From a bacterium (lineage in GTDB: Bacteria > CG03): a stretch of 32,000 nt of DNA. Positions within the stretch are counted from its first letter, which is position 1; every line of letters starts with the position of its first letter. The DNA is taken from assembly GCA_043825615.1 (NCBI GenBank), contig JBDRRS010000004.1, positions 82,567-114,566 of the forward strand. Direction: 5' to 3'. Below, piece after piece: positions 17,573-26,770 of this stretch. The position numbers and the translations under genes are program-made. The notes below the pieces were generated by a model. That model did not search any database. It worked only from the letters and a program-made list of their open reading frames with translations, and had not been told where the DNA came from.

Positions 17573-19024
17573 CTACTTGTCCACATTATCGTATGAATAT
17601 ATATGATAGTAAGTTAAAAGATATTTTATATCAAGCCCGTAATAAAATCCTCTAAATAGATAAGTGAAAAGTCGTATAAAGTATTTAAATTTCTGCTGAT
17701 TCAGCATTCTGAGGAACCTTTTGCCGAATGTTAAAAGATATGCAATCTTTTGAAAATTTTCGGCCTTTTGCGGAGAAACATCTTTTAATCTCACGACTGC
17801 TCCGAATGTGATATTGTCCGCCTCTTTCCACCTCAAAGGACTGACGCTTCCTCCGCACTCTTTTATCTGCTTCACCCCTTCTTTTGTAAACGGCTTGTAA
17901 ATAAAAAACGCCGAGCGTTCCGCATCAAGTTCCCTTGCGAATTCTATCGTTTCCCCGATTGTCCTTTTGTCTTCGCCGGGCCCGCCGATTATATAAAACG
18001 CCGTAAAGCCGATTCCTGCTTTTCTGCAGAGATGAAACATTTCTCTAACTTTATCGTTTGATATGTTTTTTCTATAGATTTCATTTCTGATACGTTCGTT
18101 TCCGCACTCCACGCCGGCTCTAATAATCGCACAGCCGCTTTTCCCGAGGATTTTAATTTTCTTTTCGTTCAAATTGTCAATTCTTGAAAATACGCTGAAG
18201 CGAAATTCTTTATGGAGCCCCAAATTTCTGTATTCACCGCAAAAATTCTCAATCCATTCTTCATTTATCGTAAAAACAGGGTCAAATAACTGGGCAATGC
18301 GTGGAGGATGGTCCAGATTTCTATATTTGTCCCACTGGTATTTTATTTCTCCCGCAAACTGTATGGGGTTTCTCAAGCGAAAATATTCCCCTCCGACTGC
18401 ATCTTTAATTCCACAGGCATCACAGTAGGTGCAGCGATACGGACAACCTCTGCTCCCCTGAATATAAAGCATCCCGAGAAAGTAGAAATATTTTTCGAGG
18501 TCCTCCCACAGATTCCAATCCGGATACGGGAACCGGTCTATATTTTCGATAAATTGTCCGCCCGGGTTCCTTATCAGTTTTTTATTTTCCTTTACCCAGA
18601 TTCCTTTTATTCCTTCCAAACTTTTCCCGTCTTCAACCCTTGAAAGATATTCTTCAAGAGCGAATTCCCCGTCGCCTATACAAACGGCGTCAACTTCCGG
18701 AATAGAAAGAGTCTCTTCCGGATAAACGGAAGCATGATGTCCTCCGAGAATAACAGGAATCCTGTATTTTTCTTTTATTTCTTTAATGATTGTTTTAACA
18801 TATTGCATATACATTGTGTTAGTTGAAATGCCTATGATATCAGGTTTATGTTTTTCAATCCCGGATTTCAGATGTTTCTTCCAGTGCTTGCGATGAAAAA
18901 CCAAATCAAGAATGCTTGCTTTATGCTTTGTTCTTTCATTTATATATGTGGCAATCTGAGTAATACCAATATCAAGCGCGCTGAAATCGCCGCCTAATAC
19001 AGCGTTAACAAACTGGATGTGCAT
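17573..19024 (-). CDS. B12-binding-domain radical SAM protein
   Basis: Rossmann-type N-terminus (PDIIGISTNTMY...VILGGHHASVYPEETL...VDAVCIGDGEFALEEYL), then YIQGSRGCPYRCTYCDACG (CxxxCxxC) and GFTAFYIIGGPGEDKRTIGETIEFA. Confidence 0.9.
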   Translation of the reverse strand: MHIQFVNAVLGGDFSALDIGITQIATYINERTKHKASILDLVFHRKHWKKHLKSGIEKHKPDIIGISTNTMYMQYVKTIIKEIKEKYRIPVILGGHHASVYPEETLSIPEVDAVCIGDGEFALEEYLSRVEDGKSLEGIKGIWVKENKKLIRNPGGQFIENIDRFPYPDWNLWEDLEKYFYFLGMLYIQGSRGCPYRCTYCDACGIKDAVGGEYFRLRNPIQFAGEIKYQWDKYRNLDHPPRIAQLFDPVFTINEEWIENFCGEYRNLGLHKEFRFSVFSRIDNLNEKKIKILGKSGCAIIRAGVECGNERIRNEIYRKNISNDKVREMFHLCRKAGIGFTAFYIIGGPGEDKRTIGETIEFARELDAERSAFFIYKPFTKEGVKQIKECGGSVSPLRWKEADNITFGAVVRLKDVSPQKAENFQKIAYLLTFGKRFLRMLNQQKFKYFIRLFTYLFRGFYYGLDIKYLLTYYHIYSYDNVDK

Positions 19025-19750
19025 TTAAGCCCTTTTTTTAAATAAACTCCGGAACTTCAAAAATAAAACTAAAAAAAACGCTTCTTTAATCATTCTCCAT
19101 GATAACTTGGATGCGCCCGTTTTTCGATTATTAAAAGTAAACGGGAACTCGCCTATTTTAAAACAATCTTCCTTTGCCAGATAATTTATTTCAATCTGGA
19201 CGGCAAAATCCCTGGAACGGATTTTACCGAAATTTATGGCTTCGAGGAATTTCCTGCTCAAACATTTGTAACCGCTGGTGCCGTCGGATAACCCTATATT
19301 CAAAATAACATTAATATATTTATTCGCCAAGCGGCTTAAAATAACTCTTTTCCACGGCCAATTAACCACGTTCAACCTGCCCCCGAGAAATCTCGAGCCA
19401 ATGACCAGATCATATTTTTTCATTAAACTTAAAAATTCGGGGATATACTTAGGATGATGAGATAAATCGGCATCCATCTGAATTACATAATCATACCCGT
19501 TCTTTAAAGCGAATTTATACCCTTCCACATAAGCCGTCCCCATTCCTAATTTCTTCTTTCTATGCATAATAAAAACACAATTTTTATATTTTCCTGCGAG
19601 GGCATTTGCAACAGCACCGGTTCCGTCCGGTGAATTATCATCTATAATTAAAATATGATGCTCCGGGCCCAAATCAAGGATAGCAGATATCAACTCGTTA
19701 ACACTTGACCTTTCATTGTAAGTAGGAACAATAATTAACGTTTTCATCAT
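19025..19750 (-). CDS. Polyprenyl-/dolichyl-phosphate mannose synthase-like GT2 glycosyltransferase
   Basis: LIIVPTYNERSSVNELISAIL, ILIIDDNSPDGTG, GMGTAYVEGYKFAL, YDYVIQMDADLSHHPKYIPEFL, LVIGSRFLGG and SDGTSGYKCLSRKFLEAI. Confidence 0.88.
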   Translation of the reverse strand: MMKTLIIVPTYNERSSVNELISAILDLGPEHHILIIDDNSPDGTGAVANALAGKYKNCVFIMHRKKKLGMGTAYVEGYKFALKNGYDYVIQMDADLSHHPKYIPEFLSLMKKYDLVIGSRFLGGRLNVVNWPWKRVILSRLANKYINVILNIGLSDGTSGYKCLSRKFLEAINFGKIRSRDFAVQIEINYLAKEDCFKIGEFPFTFNNRKTGASKLSWRMIKEAFFLVLFLKFRSLFKKRA

Positions 19751-19751
19751 A

Positions 19752-21137
19752 TTACAAAAACCGGTAAATCTTTTGCCTGAGTTTTATCCATCCCCATTCG
19801 GAGAATAAATGTTTAAAAATATAATTGCTTCTCCGGGGATTACAATAGAATTTTATTAACGCTTTAATTTGAAGATACTTTAAGACAGGGTATGAAATAT
19901 CCGGATTCTTAAAAGCATATTGAGAATAATAATTAAAATTGTTCAAATTGTCATCCAATCTGAATTTATGATTATCTTTAACCATCCTATACAAAAATGT
20001 TCCGGGTAATGGGGTGACAAGAGAAAAAGTTGCTTCGTCAATAGGTAAAGAATCGGCGAATGCAATTGTTTCTTTAATTTCATCCGCGGTTTCACCCGGC
20101 GCGCCGAGCATAAAGAAACTCATTACTTTTATTCCGATTTCTTTTGCCTGTTTTATAGTCAGTTTCGCCTGCTCAATGCTAATCCCTTTATTATAAATTT
20201 CATTTAATACCTTCTCTGAGGCAGATTCAACCCCCAAGTGTAAAACCCTCAAACCGGCCGAATACATTCTTTCCATTAATTTTTTATCAAGGGAATCAAC
20301 CCTGCTGTTGCACCCCCAGATTAAATTGAGATTTTCCCTTTCCATGAGGCCGCAAAATTCATTAAGCCATTTATGATTTAACGTAAAAACATCATCATGA
20401 AAATAAATTGCGTCAAGGGAATATTCTTTTTTAATCTGTTTTAATTCCCGGATTAAATTTTCCGGACTTCTCCGGCGGGTTTTCTTTCCAAAAATAAACT
20501 CAAGTGTGGGCTGACAGAATGTGCACCGATAAGGACATCCCCTTGAAGTAATCATCGTAGCGGCTCTTAAATTTGTAGAAATAGAATCAAAGTAAATTAA
20601 ACGCTTCGAATAAAACTCCATTTCTATAAGATCCCTCGCGGGAAACGGTAAAATATCAAGATTTTCTATATAGGTTCGGGAAGAATTTTTGAAAATTTCT
20701 TTTCCTGATTTATACCAAATTCCTTTAATGGCGGTAAAATCTTTCGAATGAAACTTTTCAATTATTTTCTTTAACGTTTCTTCCCCCTCTCCAATTACTA
20801 CAATGTCAACCCAATCTACAAGACCTTCGGGTCTTACTGCAGCGCATGGACCACCTGCAAGAGTGAAAATTCCTAAATCCCTTGTCATTTTTGCTACCTT
20901 AAGGGCACCATTATACATCACAGTATCAAAATAAATACCGGCAATGTCCGGGCTTTCTTCTTTTATTTTTTTGCAGATGTACTTAAACGACGGGTGAAAA
21001 GTAGCATCTATAATTGAAACTTTAACTTCTGAAAAAGTTCGCAGATAAGATGCAAGATAAAGCAGCCCCAGAGGCGGGTCCCCCGTAGAAAGTTTTAACC
21101 GGGGAAAAATTAAGCATACTTTTAATTTATTTTCCAT
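19752..21137 (-). CDS. B12-binding-domain radical SAM protein, second copy
   Basis: KVCLIFPRLKLSTGDPPLGLLYLASYL, DIVVIGEGEETLKKII and MITSRGCPYRCTFCQPT. Start chosen at MENKLKVCLIF. Confidence 0.9.
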   Translation of the reverse strand: MENKLKVCLIFPRLKLSTGDPPLGLLYLASYLRTFSEVKVSIIDATFHPSFKYICKKIKEESPDIAGIYFDTVMYNGALKVAKMTRDLGIFTLAGGPCAAVRPEGLVDWVDIVVIGEGEETLKKIIEKFHSKDFTAIKGIWYKSGKEIFKNSSRTYIENLDILPFPARDLIEMEFYSKRLIYFDSISTNLRAATMITSRGCPYRCTFCQPTLEFIFGKKTRRRSPENLIRELKQIKKEYSLDAIYFHDDVFTLNHKWLNEFCGLMERENLNLIWGCNSRVDSLDKKLMERMYSAGLRVLHLGVESASEKVLNEIYNKGISIEQAKLTIKQAKEIGIKVMSFFMLGAPGETADEIKETIAFADSLPIDEATFSLVTPLPGTFLYRMVKDNHKFRLDDNLNNFNYYSQYAFKNPDISYPVLKYLQIKALIKFYCNPRRSNYIFKHLFSEWGWIKLRQKIYRFL

Positions 21138-21339
21138 TATATGACCAGACCGAAGATGTAAAAAATTTTCCAGCAAACCTTATGTTTCTTATCCGGTGAT
21201 TTTCGACTATCTGAGAAGTGTCGTCGTAAATAAAGTCATTTTTTAAAGTATTGGCATAAACAATGGAAGAGACCAGAACAATCAGTCCGATTGTAAACCA
21301 GTTTTTCTCAAAAAATTTTTGTTTTTTGATTTCTTTCAT
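21127..21339 (-). pseudogene. N-terminal stub (70 aa) of a second TMTC-like gene
   Basis: KFFEKNWFTIGLIVLVSSIVYANTLKNDFIYDDTSQIVENHRIRNIRF parallels GFFEKKWPAIGLIILASFLVYANSLKNEFVYDDEYLIVNSKYKSIEQI of the intact gene at 15779-17515. It stops just past the radical SAM start codon. Confidence 0.75.
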
Positions 21340-21534
21340 CCGGACAATTCACACTTCTGTCCTCTTTTTCCGGGATTGAGAAAGTTCCGGTTTATGGTCA
21401 TGAGTCCTGTTTCGTTTTTAAAACCTGCCTGAAAATCCAAGAAATATTTATTTCCTTTTATTCTCATGACAATTAAATCCTGATGAATGCTCATAACCCT
21501 GTCAATTACCCTTTATTCCCCGTTGTCCATTGTT

Positions 21535-22422
21535 TCAGCCTCTGAAAATTTCAAGGGGGGTCTTGAAAGGGACTTCGCAAATTCCTTTAATCATACCTCC
21601 GAGCCGGACAGTTAGAAAATACCCGTTCTCTTTTTTGTTTTTTTCAAGAACTTCAACAGGTACCGCCTCCTCCCCCGTTACCCCTATCATACGCGCAAGG
21701 TACCGGGCAATCTCGCGGCCGTCGGTAATCCTGACAAAAATCAAGGTTCCCGCAGAAATTTTTTCTATCGTTGCGGGACGCTTAAAAAGAAACTTCCGGC
21801 GGCCCATGACGACTTCGATTTTTAACTTTATCTGGGGAGACCTTGAAATAAATTCCGCTGCGGTGATTTTGCCGGCCGAAGAAATCTGTCTGAAATCAGA
21901 AACGGATATTCTTTCCTTTCTGAATTCAAAAATAACATCTTCGTTTAATATCTTCGTCAGGAGCAGCTTAAGAGACCTCTCAATTTCCGCATAATCGACA
22001 CTGTCAAAAATTGCAAAAAAGGACTCGTGGTCCCCGTCCTGAAAAAATGACCTCACCGCCTGCGTTACGGCAACCGTTTTTTCGTGGACGATTTCTTCGC
22101 TCAGACGCTGCGTGTAAATCTTATTCTCGAATTCGGGCCAGGGCATTGAGAGAGCAGAGGAGAAAACATACGGATTCTGACTGATGGAAACGGCAAACCT
22201 CAAAATTCTTTTCTGAGAGGCATTTAAAACAATGAACAGCATTCCGCAGTTATAACTGCTTTTTGTGGCGAACTTAATTTTTAAAACCACGAGGTTTTTG
22301 TGGCGCGAGGCGAGCCAGCGGAAAGCCATGTTCAGATTATTGCCGTAGATGCGTAAAATTTTTTCGGCGACTCTTTCTGAACAACCCGCCTCGTCAATGA
22401 GAATTTTTGCTTCGTCGGTCAT
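21535..22422 (-). CDS. Uncharacterised protein, UBA-like N-terminal helix segment
   Basis: Intact 295-codon ORF stop/start-coupled to cinA. N-terminus MTDEAKILIDEAGCSERVAEKILRIYGNNLNMAFRWLAS. No family recognised. Confidence 0.7.
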   Translation of the reverse strand: MTDEAKILIDEAGCSERVAEKILRIYGNNLNMAFRWLASRHKNLVVLKIKFATKSSYNCGMLFIVLNASQKRILRFAVSISQNPYVFSSALSMPWPEFENKIYTQRLSEEIVHEKTVAVTQAVRSFFQDGDHESFFAIFDSVDYAEIERSLKLLLTKILNEDVIFEFRKERISVSDFRQISSAGKITAAEFISRSPQIKLKIEVVMGRRKFLFKRPATIEKISAGTLIFVRITDGREIARYLARMIGVTGEEAVPVEVLEKNKKENGYFLTVRLGGMIKGICEVPFKTPLEIFRG

Positions 22423-23660
22423 TAAAGAAGTTGTTCTCTCAGCATATTCAATGCATACAAACTCGCTTTTTCTTTGATATCGCTTCGGGAACCGCCGAAT
22501 TCAAATTTCCTGCAAACTGATTTTCCGCCGGCTTCGGCGAGCGCAATAAAAACAACACCCTGTTTTACTCCCTGCGAGGGCCCGGGGCCTGCAACGCCGG
22601 TCGTGGAAAGCGCAAAATGAGACCCTGAAAGTTTCAGAAGGCCCTCCGCCATCAGCACCGCCGTTGTCTCGGACACAACGCCTGCCTTTTTGATTTCTTC
22701 CTCAGGGATGCCGAGAACAAGGCATTTCTCCCTTTCCGTGTAAGTTATAACGTCCATATCAAAGAAAGAGGATGCCCCCTTTACGCTTGTTATCAAATCG
22801 GCAATCCGCCCGCCGGTGCATGACTCCGCAACAGACAAGGTCTGGCTCTTCCTGGCGAGGAGAGACCCGCACGCGTACGCAAGAGATTTCCCGTCCGCCC
22901 CATAGACATATTTTCCCAGCGCATCCCGAAATTCCTTTTCTAAAAGAAGCGCACGCTCGTCAAGAATAACCTCATTATCCCCCTTGAGACGGAATTCAAC
23001 GTCCACAATCGCCTTATGAGCAAGAATTGTAAAATCCACCTCAAGCCCTGAAAACTTTTCAACATCGACGATTGACTTTATCTTTTCCTCAACCTCTGAT
23101 TCGGTCAAACCTATTATATGTAACTTTTTTTTCTTGAGAAAAGAAGACGGCAGTTTTTTCAGCATACGCGCAAGAATATATTTTTCAAAGAAAAATTTTA
23201 ACTCCGCGGGGGGGCCCGGAAGAAGTATTATTTCCGTTTTCTTAAAGTCGACAACCTGCGCCGGGGCAGTACCGACGTCATTTTGAAAAATTTCAGCGCC
23301 CTTTAGCACAAACGCCTGGCGCTCCGCGCTCTTCGGCATATCAACGCCGGCCCTTATAAAATAATCCGCAACATTGCGCAGTGTTTCCCTGCTCAAAACT
23401 CTTTTCCTTCCCGTAAATTTGGAAACAGCCGAAACGGTTCTGTCGTCAAAAGTAGGCCCTAGACCACCGACGGTTATCACAAAATTCCCTCTGAGAAATG
23501 CGAATTGGAGAATTTCAAGAATTTCCTCTTCATTATCCGCAACCGTAAAAAATTCGCTTTTTATTCCGAGGGCATCCATTTTACTGCCGAGATATGCCGC
23601 ATCCGAGTTTTCCTTCCCCCTTAAAAGTTCGCTTCCTATAAAAATTATTTCCGCTTTCAT
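22422..23660 (-). CDS. cinA: CinA family protein (competence/damage-inducible; NMN amidohydrolase domain)
   Basis: MKAEIIFIGSELLRGKENSDAAYLGSKMDALGI, VITVGGLGPTFDDRTVSAVS and LAVAESCTGGRIADLITSVKGAS (as SVAESCTGG...) with STTGVAGPGPSQGVKQGVVFIAL. Start chosen at MKAEII. Confidence 0.92.
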   Translation of the reverse strand: MKAEIIFIGSELLRGKENSDAAYLGSKMDALGIKSEFFTVADNEEEILEILQFAFLRGNFVITVGGLGPTFDDRTVSAVSKFTGRKRVLSRETLRNVADYFIRAGVDMPKSAERQAFVLKGAEIFQNDVGTAPAQVVDFKKTEIILLPGPPAELKFFFEKYILARMLKKLPSSFLKKKKLHIIGLTESEVEEKIKSIVDVEKFSGLEVDFTILAHKAIVDVEFRLKGDNEVILDERALLLEKEFRDALGKYVYGADGKSLAYACGSLLARKSQTLSVAESCTGGRIADLITSVKGASSFFDMDVITYTEREKCLVLGIPEEEIKKAGVVSETTAVLMAEGLLKLSGSHFALSTTGVAGPGPSQGVKQGVVFIALAEAGGKSVCRKFEFGGSRSDIKEKASLYALNMLREQLL

Positions 23661-23687
23661 GCATCCTCCTGTCCCCTTTTTAAGGAA

Positions 23688-23716
23688 GGGGACGATTCTT
23701 TTCAAGAGCCGTCCCC
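23688..23716. repeat. 29-nt hairpin repeat GGGGACGATTCTTTTCAAGAGCCGTCCCC
   Basis: 7-bp outer arms plus an inner TCTT/AAGA stem. Same length and layout as the copies at 10048 and 28899. Confidence 0.85.
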
Positions 23717-23718
23717 AA

Positions 23719-25332
23719 CTATTTTGCTTTTTTAAACATCTTAAACGGGATTCCGAAAGTTCTTTCAACAATCCCTATTATCGGGCCCGTAATTGTCTTG
23801 GCAGGCATCATTCTAATCTTTGGCTTATTCAAGCCCCCCTTCACTTCTATAAAAACGGGAAGAAGCGATTTTTTCTGCCCGAGCAGAATATAGCCGACAA
23901 CGGGAATTTTGGAAAGAAGGTCGTTTACAAATTTCTGCACCTGAAATCCGACAATTATGTCAATCTTGTTCTCGTCCAGGTCAACACTGCCGTAAACGCT
24001 CGTCCGGGAGGTCCTGTTCTCAAGCATCATATCGGAAATCTCTATCAGACCGGATGCCTTGCTTATTCTGCCTTCAATGCGGGTTATGGGAAACCTGTCG
24101 GAATAATCCGGAAATTTACCTATAAGATAGTTAAATATGTCCAGCGTCTGCAGAACATTGTAAAGAAGCGAAAGTTTTGAAAAACTCCCGCGGCCGTCTT
24201 TGATGGAAGCATTCAAATTCACATGTTTTAAATCATTAAACCGGCCGGATGCTTCAATTTCTCCGGATAAAATCCCGCTGAAAATATCCTCGGTTATTTT
24301 TAACTTTGCGAACTGACCGGCAAAACTGAATGATTCCGGTGATACCTCGCCGAACGCCTCAACCGTTATGTTTTCAAAATCGGCAAACACATTCGCAAAT
24401 TTGAAAACGCCTTTATCAAATTCGCCCGTTACCGTCGCTTTTTCACTCTTTCCCCTGATTTCCGCAAAAAATTTATTTTTGTCAAAAAATATCTGGCTGC
24501 GCCCCGCAAACTTCTTATACCTTACGTCTTCAAAAAAAACATTGCCGTTTAAGATATTCTTATCCGAAAAATTACCCCCGTATTCCATATGAATACTTAA
24601 AAGGCCTTTTATTCTCTCCCTGATACCGAAAACCTTCAGAGCATCCTGCAACGGAATGTTCCTGTTTCTGACAATGATGCGCCAGTCATTCGAACGCCTC
24701 GCTATAACCGCAAAAGGTCTTTTGCCGAAATTTGAAACAAACGTTATTTGTATTCCTGCCTGTTTTAACGCGATATTCAGGCTGGAAGCCGGGAAAGTAA
24801 AAGTTACCGCCGAATCCCTGTCGGAAAAAGTCACGTTGCTGTCCGTGAATGAAATATACCCTGCGCTCAAACTTATTTTAGGCGGCTTATCCGAACTTTT
24901 CGAAACCGATTTAATCAATTCCTCAATGTTAAACTTCCCGCCGCATCGGAAAAGTTTTATTACCGCTTCGGTCAAAATTATGCTGGGAAACACTATCACC
25001 CCGTCCCTGATGCCCGAAATATCCACGTCAATAATTGCACTGTCTGCCGAGAGAAACCTTCCATATTTATTTGAAGCGGTCGGTTTCACGCATATTACCT
25101 TAATGCCCCTGAATGGGGTTACATACATAACCGGACATTTTACCTCGCTCTTGAGATACGATGAAATTTCTTTCAGCACATAGGGCTTCAAAAATAAATT
25201 TATTGCAAAAAAAAGTAAAAAAACAAAAAACAAAAAAACACCGGTAACAACTTTCGCAATTTCCAGAATTTCCTTGAAAACGGCTCTCATCCGGTTTTTA
25301 TAATCACCCTCTTCCAGACCTTCACCGGACAT
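23719..25332 (-). CDS. AsmA-like / large periplasmic protein
   Basis: N-terminal TM segment FLFFVFLLFFAINLFLKPYVLKEISSYLKSEVKCPV; beta-rich body; C-terminal KASGLIEISDMMLENRTSRTSVYGSVDLDENKIDIIVGFQVQKFVNDLLSKIPVVGYILLGQKKSLLPVFIEVKGGLNKPKIRM. Confidence 0.65.
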   Translation of the reverse strand: MSGEGLEEGDYKNRMRAVFKEILEIAKVVTGVFLFFVFLLFFAINLFLKPYVLKEISSYLKSEVKCPVMYVTPFRGIKVICVKPTASNKYGRFLSADSAIIDVDISGIRDGVIVFPSIILTEAVIKLFRCGGKFNIEELIKSVSKSSDKPPKISLSAGYISFTDSNVTFSDRDSAVTFTFPASSLNIALKQAGIQITFVSNFGKRPFAVIARRSNDWRIIVRNRNIPLQDALKVFGIRERIKGLLSIHMEYGGNFSDKNILNGNVFFEDVRYKKFAGRSQIFFDKNKFFAEIRGKSEKATVTGEFDKGVFKFANVFADFENITVEAFGEVSPESFSFAGQFAKLKITEDIFSGILSGEIEASGRFNDLKHVNLNASIKDGRGSFSKLSLLYNVLQTLDIFNYLIGKFPDYSDRFPITRIEGRISKASGLIEISDMMLENRTSRTSVYGSVDLDENKIDIIVGFQVQKFVNDLLSKIPVVGYILLGQKKSLLPVFIEVKGGLNKPKIRMMPAKTITGPIIGIVERTFGIPFKMFKKAK

Positions 25333-26150
25333 TTTGCAACCGCTGTTTCCACCTGAGAAACGTCACGCACTTTTTCCCATATAACGGCAGGGAGATTGTC
25401 TTTCATTGCAAGAACTTCATCGGGATTAAACTTCTTGCCCGTACAAATACCGCACGTGAAACAGCCGTTTTTACAGTATTTTCTTACATCCGCGGTGTCG
25501 CGGCTGGAGCAGGCGGCAAAACAGGGACGCGCAACCGGAACAACTTCAATCAAATTTCTCGGACAGGCGGAAACGCAGAGCCCGCAGCCCGTACACTTAT
25601 CATAAGAAACAACCGCAGCGCCGTTTGACCCTATGCCGATTGCCCCGAACGGACAGACATTTATGCAGTCAGCCAGCCCGAGACATCCGTAAGGGCACTC
25701 TGTGTACCCTCCACCGACGAGAACAGCGGCGGAACAGGAAGGAATCCCCTTATACGAAAATTTCTGAGAGGAACCGCCCGAACATTTTACAACCGCAACC
25801 TTCTTTTCAATCCCGGCTTTCTGCGAAAAAATACTGTTCAGCATCCTCACAACCGACTCGCCGCCGGGCGCGCAAAGCCCGGCGTCCGCGTTCCCCTTAA
25901 CAATTGCTTTTGCATACGCATTGCAGGAGGAGAAACCGCAGCCCCCGCAGTTGAGACCCGGTAAAATTTTTTCAGCAATCTCAACTTTCGGATCATCCTT
26001 AACGCTCAGAAAATGGTCGGCAACCGCCAAAATCAGCGAAAAAAACCCGCCGAAGGCGGCAAGAAAAAGGGGAGCATGTAGGGACGGTGCTTTACCCCAA
26101 TGGGACAGGCAATATGACATTTTTTCAAAAAGTATTAGAACCGTCCCCAT
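25287..26150 (-). CDS. rnfB: RNF complex iron-sulfur subunit B; start codon uncertain
   Basis: KVEIAEKILPGLNCGGCGFSSCNAYAKAIVKGNADAGLCAPGG, then KCTGCGLCVSACPRNLIEVVP and CKNGCFTCGICTGKKF clusters. Confidence 0.92.
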   Translation of the reverse strand: MGTVLILFEKMSYCLSHWGKAPSLHAPLFLAAFGGFFSLILAVADHFLSVKDDPKVEIAEKILPGLNCGGCGFSSCNAYAKAIVKGNADAGLCAPGGESVVRMLNSIFSQKAGIEKKVAVVKCSGGSSQKFSYKGIPSCSAAVLVGGGYTECPYGCLGLADCINVCPFGAIGIGSNGAAVVSYDKCTGCGLCVSACPRNLIEVVPVARPCFAACSSRDTADVRKYCKNGCFTCGICTGKKFNPDEVLAMKDNLPAVIWEKVRDVSQVETAVAKCPVKVWKRVIIKTG

Positions 26151-26156
26151 TCTTTT

Positions 26157-26738
26157 TTACTTCATTACCCCTGAAAAACCCATGAAAGCAAGAGCAAGAC
26201 AGCCCGCCGTAATGAGAGCAATCCCTGCGCCCCTGAAAGGAACGGGAACATCGGCGGTCTCAAGGCGCTCCCTGATTCCCGCCATAATCAGAAGAGCCAT
26301 AAGAAAACCACCGCCGGCGCCGAGAGCGTAAAAAATACTTTCAACAAATTTGTAACGCTTTATTACCATAAACAGCGTCAGACCGAGAATTGCGCAATTC
26401 GTCGTAATAAGCGGAAGATAAATTCCCAGCCCTCTGTACAGCGGCGGAACGAATTTTTTGAGAAACATTTCCACAAACTGAACCAGACTTGCAATAACGA
26501 GAATAAAAGCAACATACTGCAAATACTGAAGGTTGTAGGGAATCAGCACCTTGTAGTAGATAAGCCATGTGGAAGCGGCGGCGAGGAGCATAACAAACAT
26601 TACCGCAAAACCCATCCCCGATGCCTTTTTTAAATCGGTCGAAACGCCGAGGAACGGGCAGATTCCCAGAAAATACGCGAGGACAAAATTGTTTATAACC
26701 GCCGACCCGATAAAAATCAGAACATAACTCATTTTCAA
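26157..26738 (-). CDS. rnfA: RNF complex membrane subunit A
   Basis: SAVINNFVLAYFLGICPFLGVSTDLKKASGMGFAVMFVM, LQYLQYVAFILVIASLVQFVEM and PLITTNCAILG. Confidence 0.95.
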   Translation of the reverse strand: MKMSYVLIFIGSAVINNFVLAYFLGICPFLGVSTDLKKASGMGFAVMFVMLLAAASTWLIYYKVLIPYNLQYLQYVAFILVIASLVQFVEMFLKKFVPPLYRGLGIYLPLITTNCAILGLTLFMVIKRYKFVESIFYALGAGGGFLMALLIMAGIRERLETADVPVPFRGAGIALITAGCLALAFMGFSGVMK

Positions 26739-26740
26739 AC

Positions 26741-26770
26741 CTTACAAGGGCGGCGGGAGGGTAGCGTTCA
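26741..26770 (-). repeat. RBS-embedded repeat, copy in the rnfE-rnfA gap
   Basis: The minus strand reads TGAACGCTACCCTCCCGCCGCCCTTGTAAGGTTTGAAAATG, ending at the rnfA start. Confidence 0.75.

Noticed and set aside
23374-24180. 268-aa plus-strand ORF opposite cinA and the AsmA-like gene
   Set aside because: Low-quality composition, no domain, and it crosses the boundary of two well-supported minus-strand genes.
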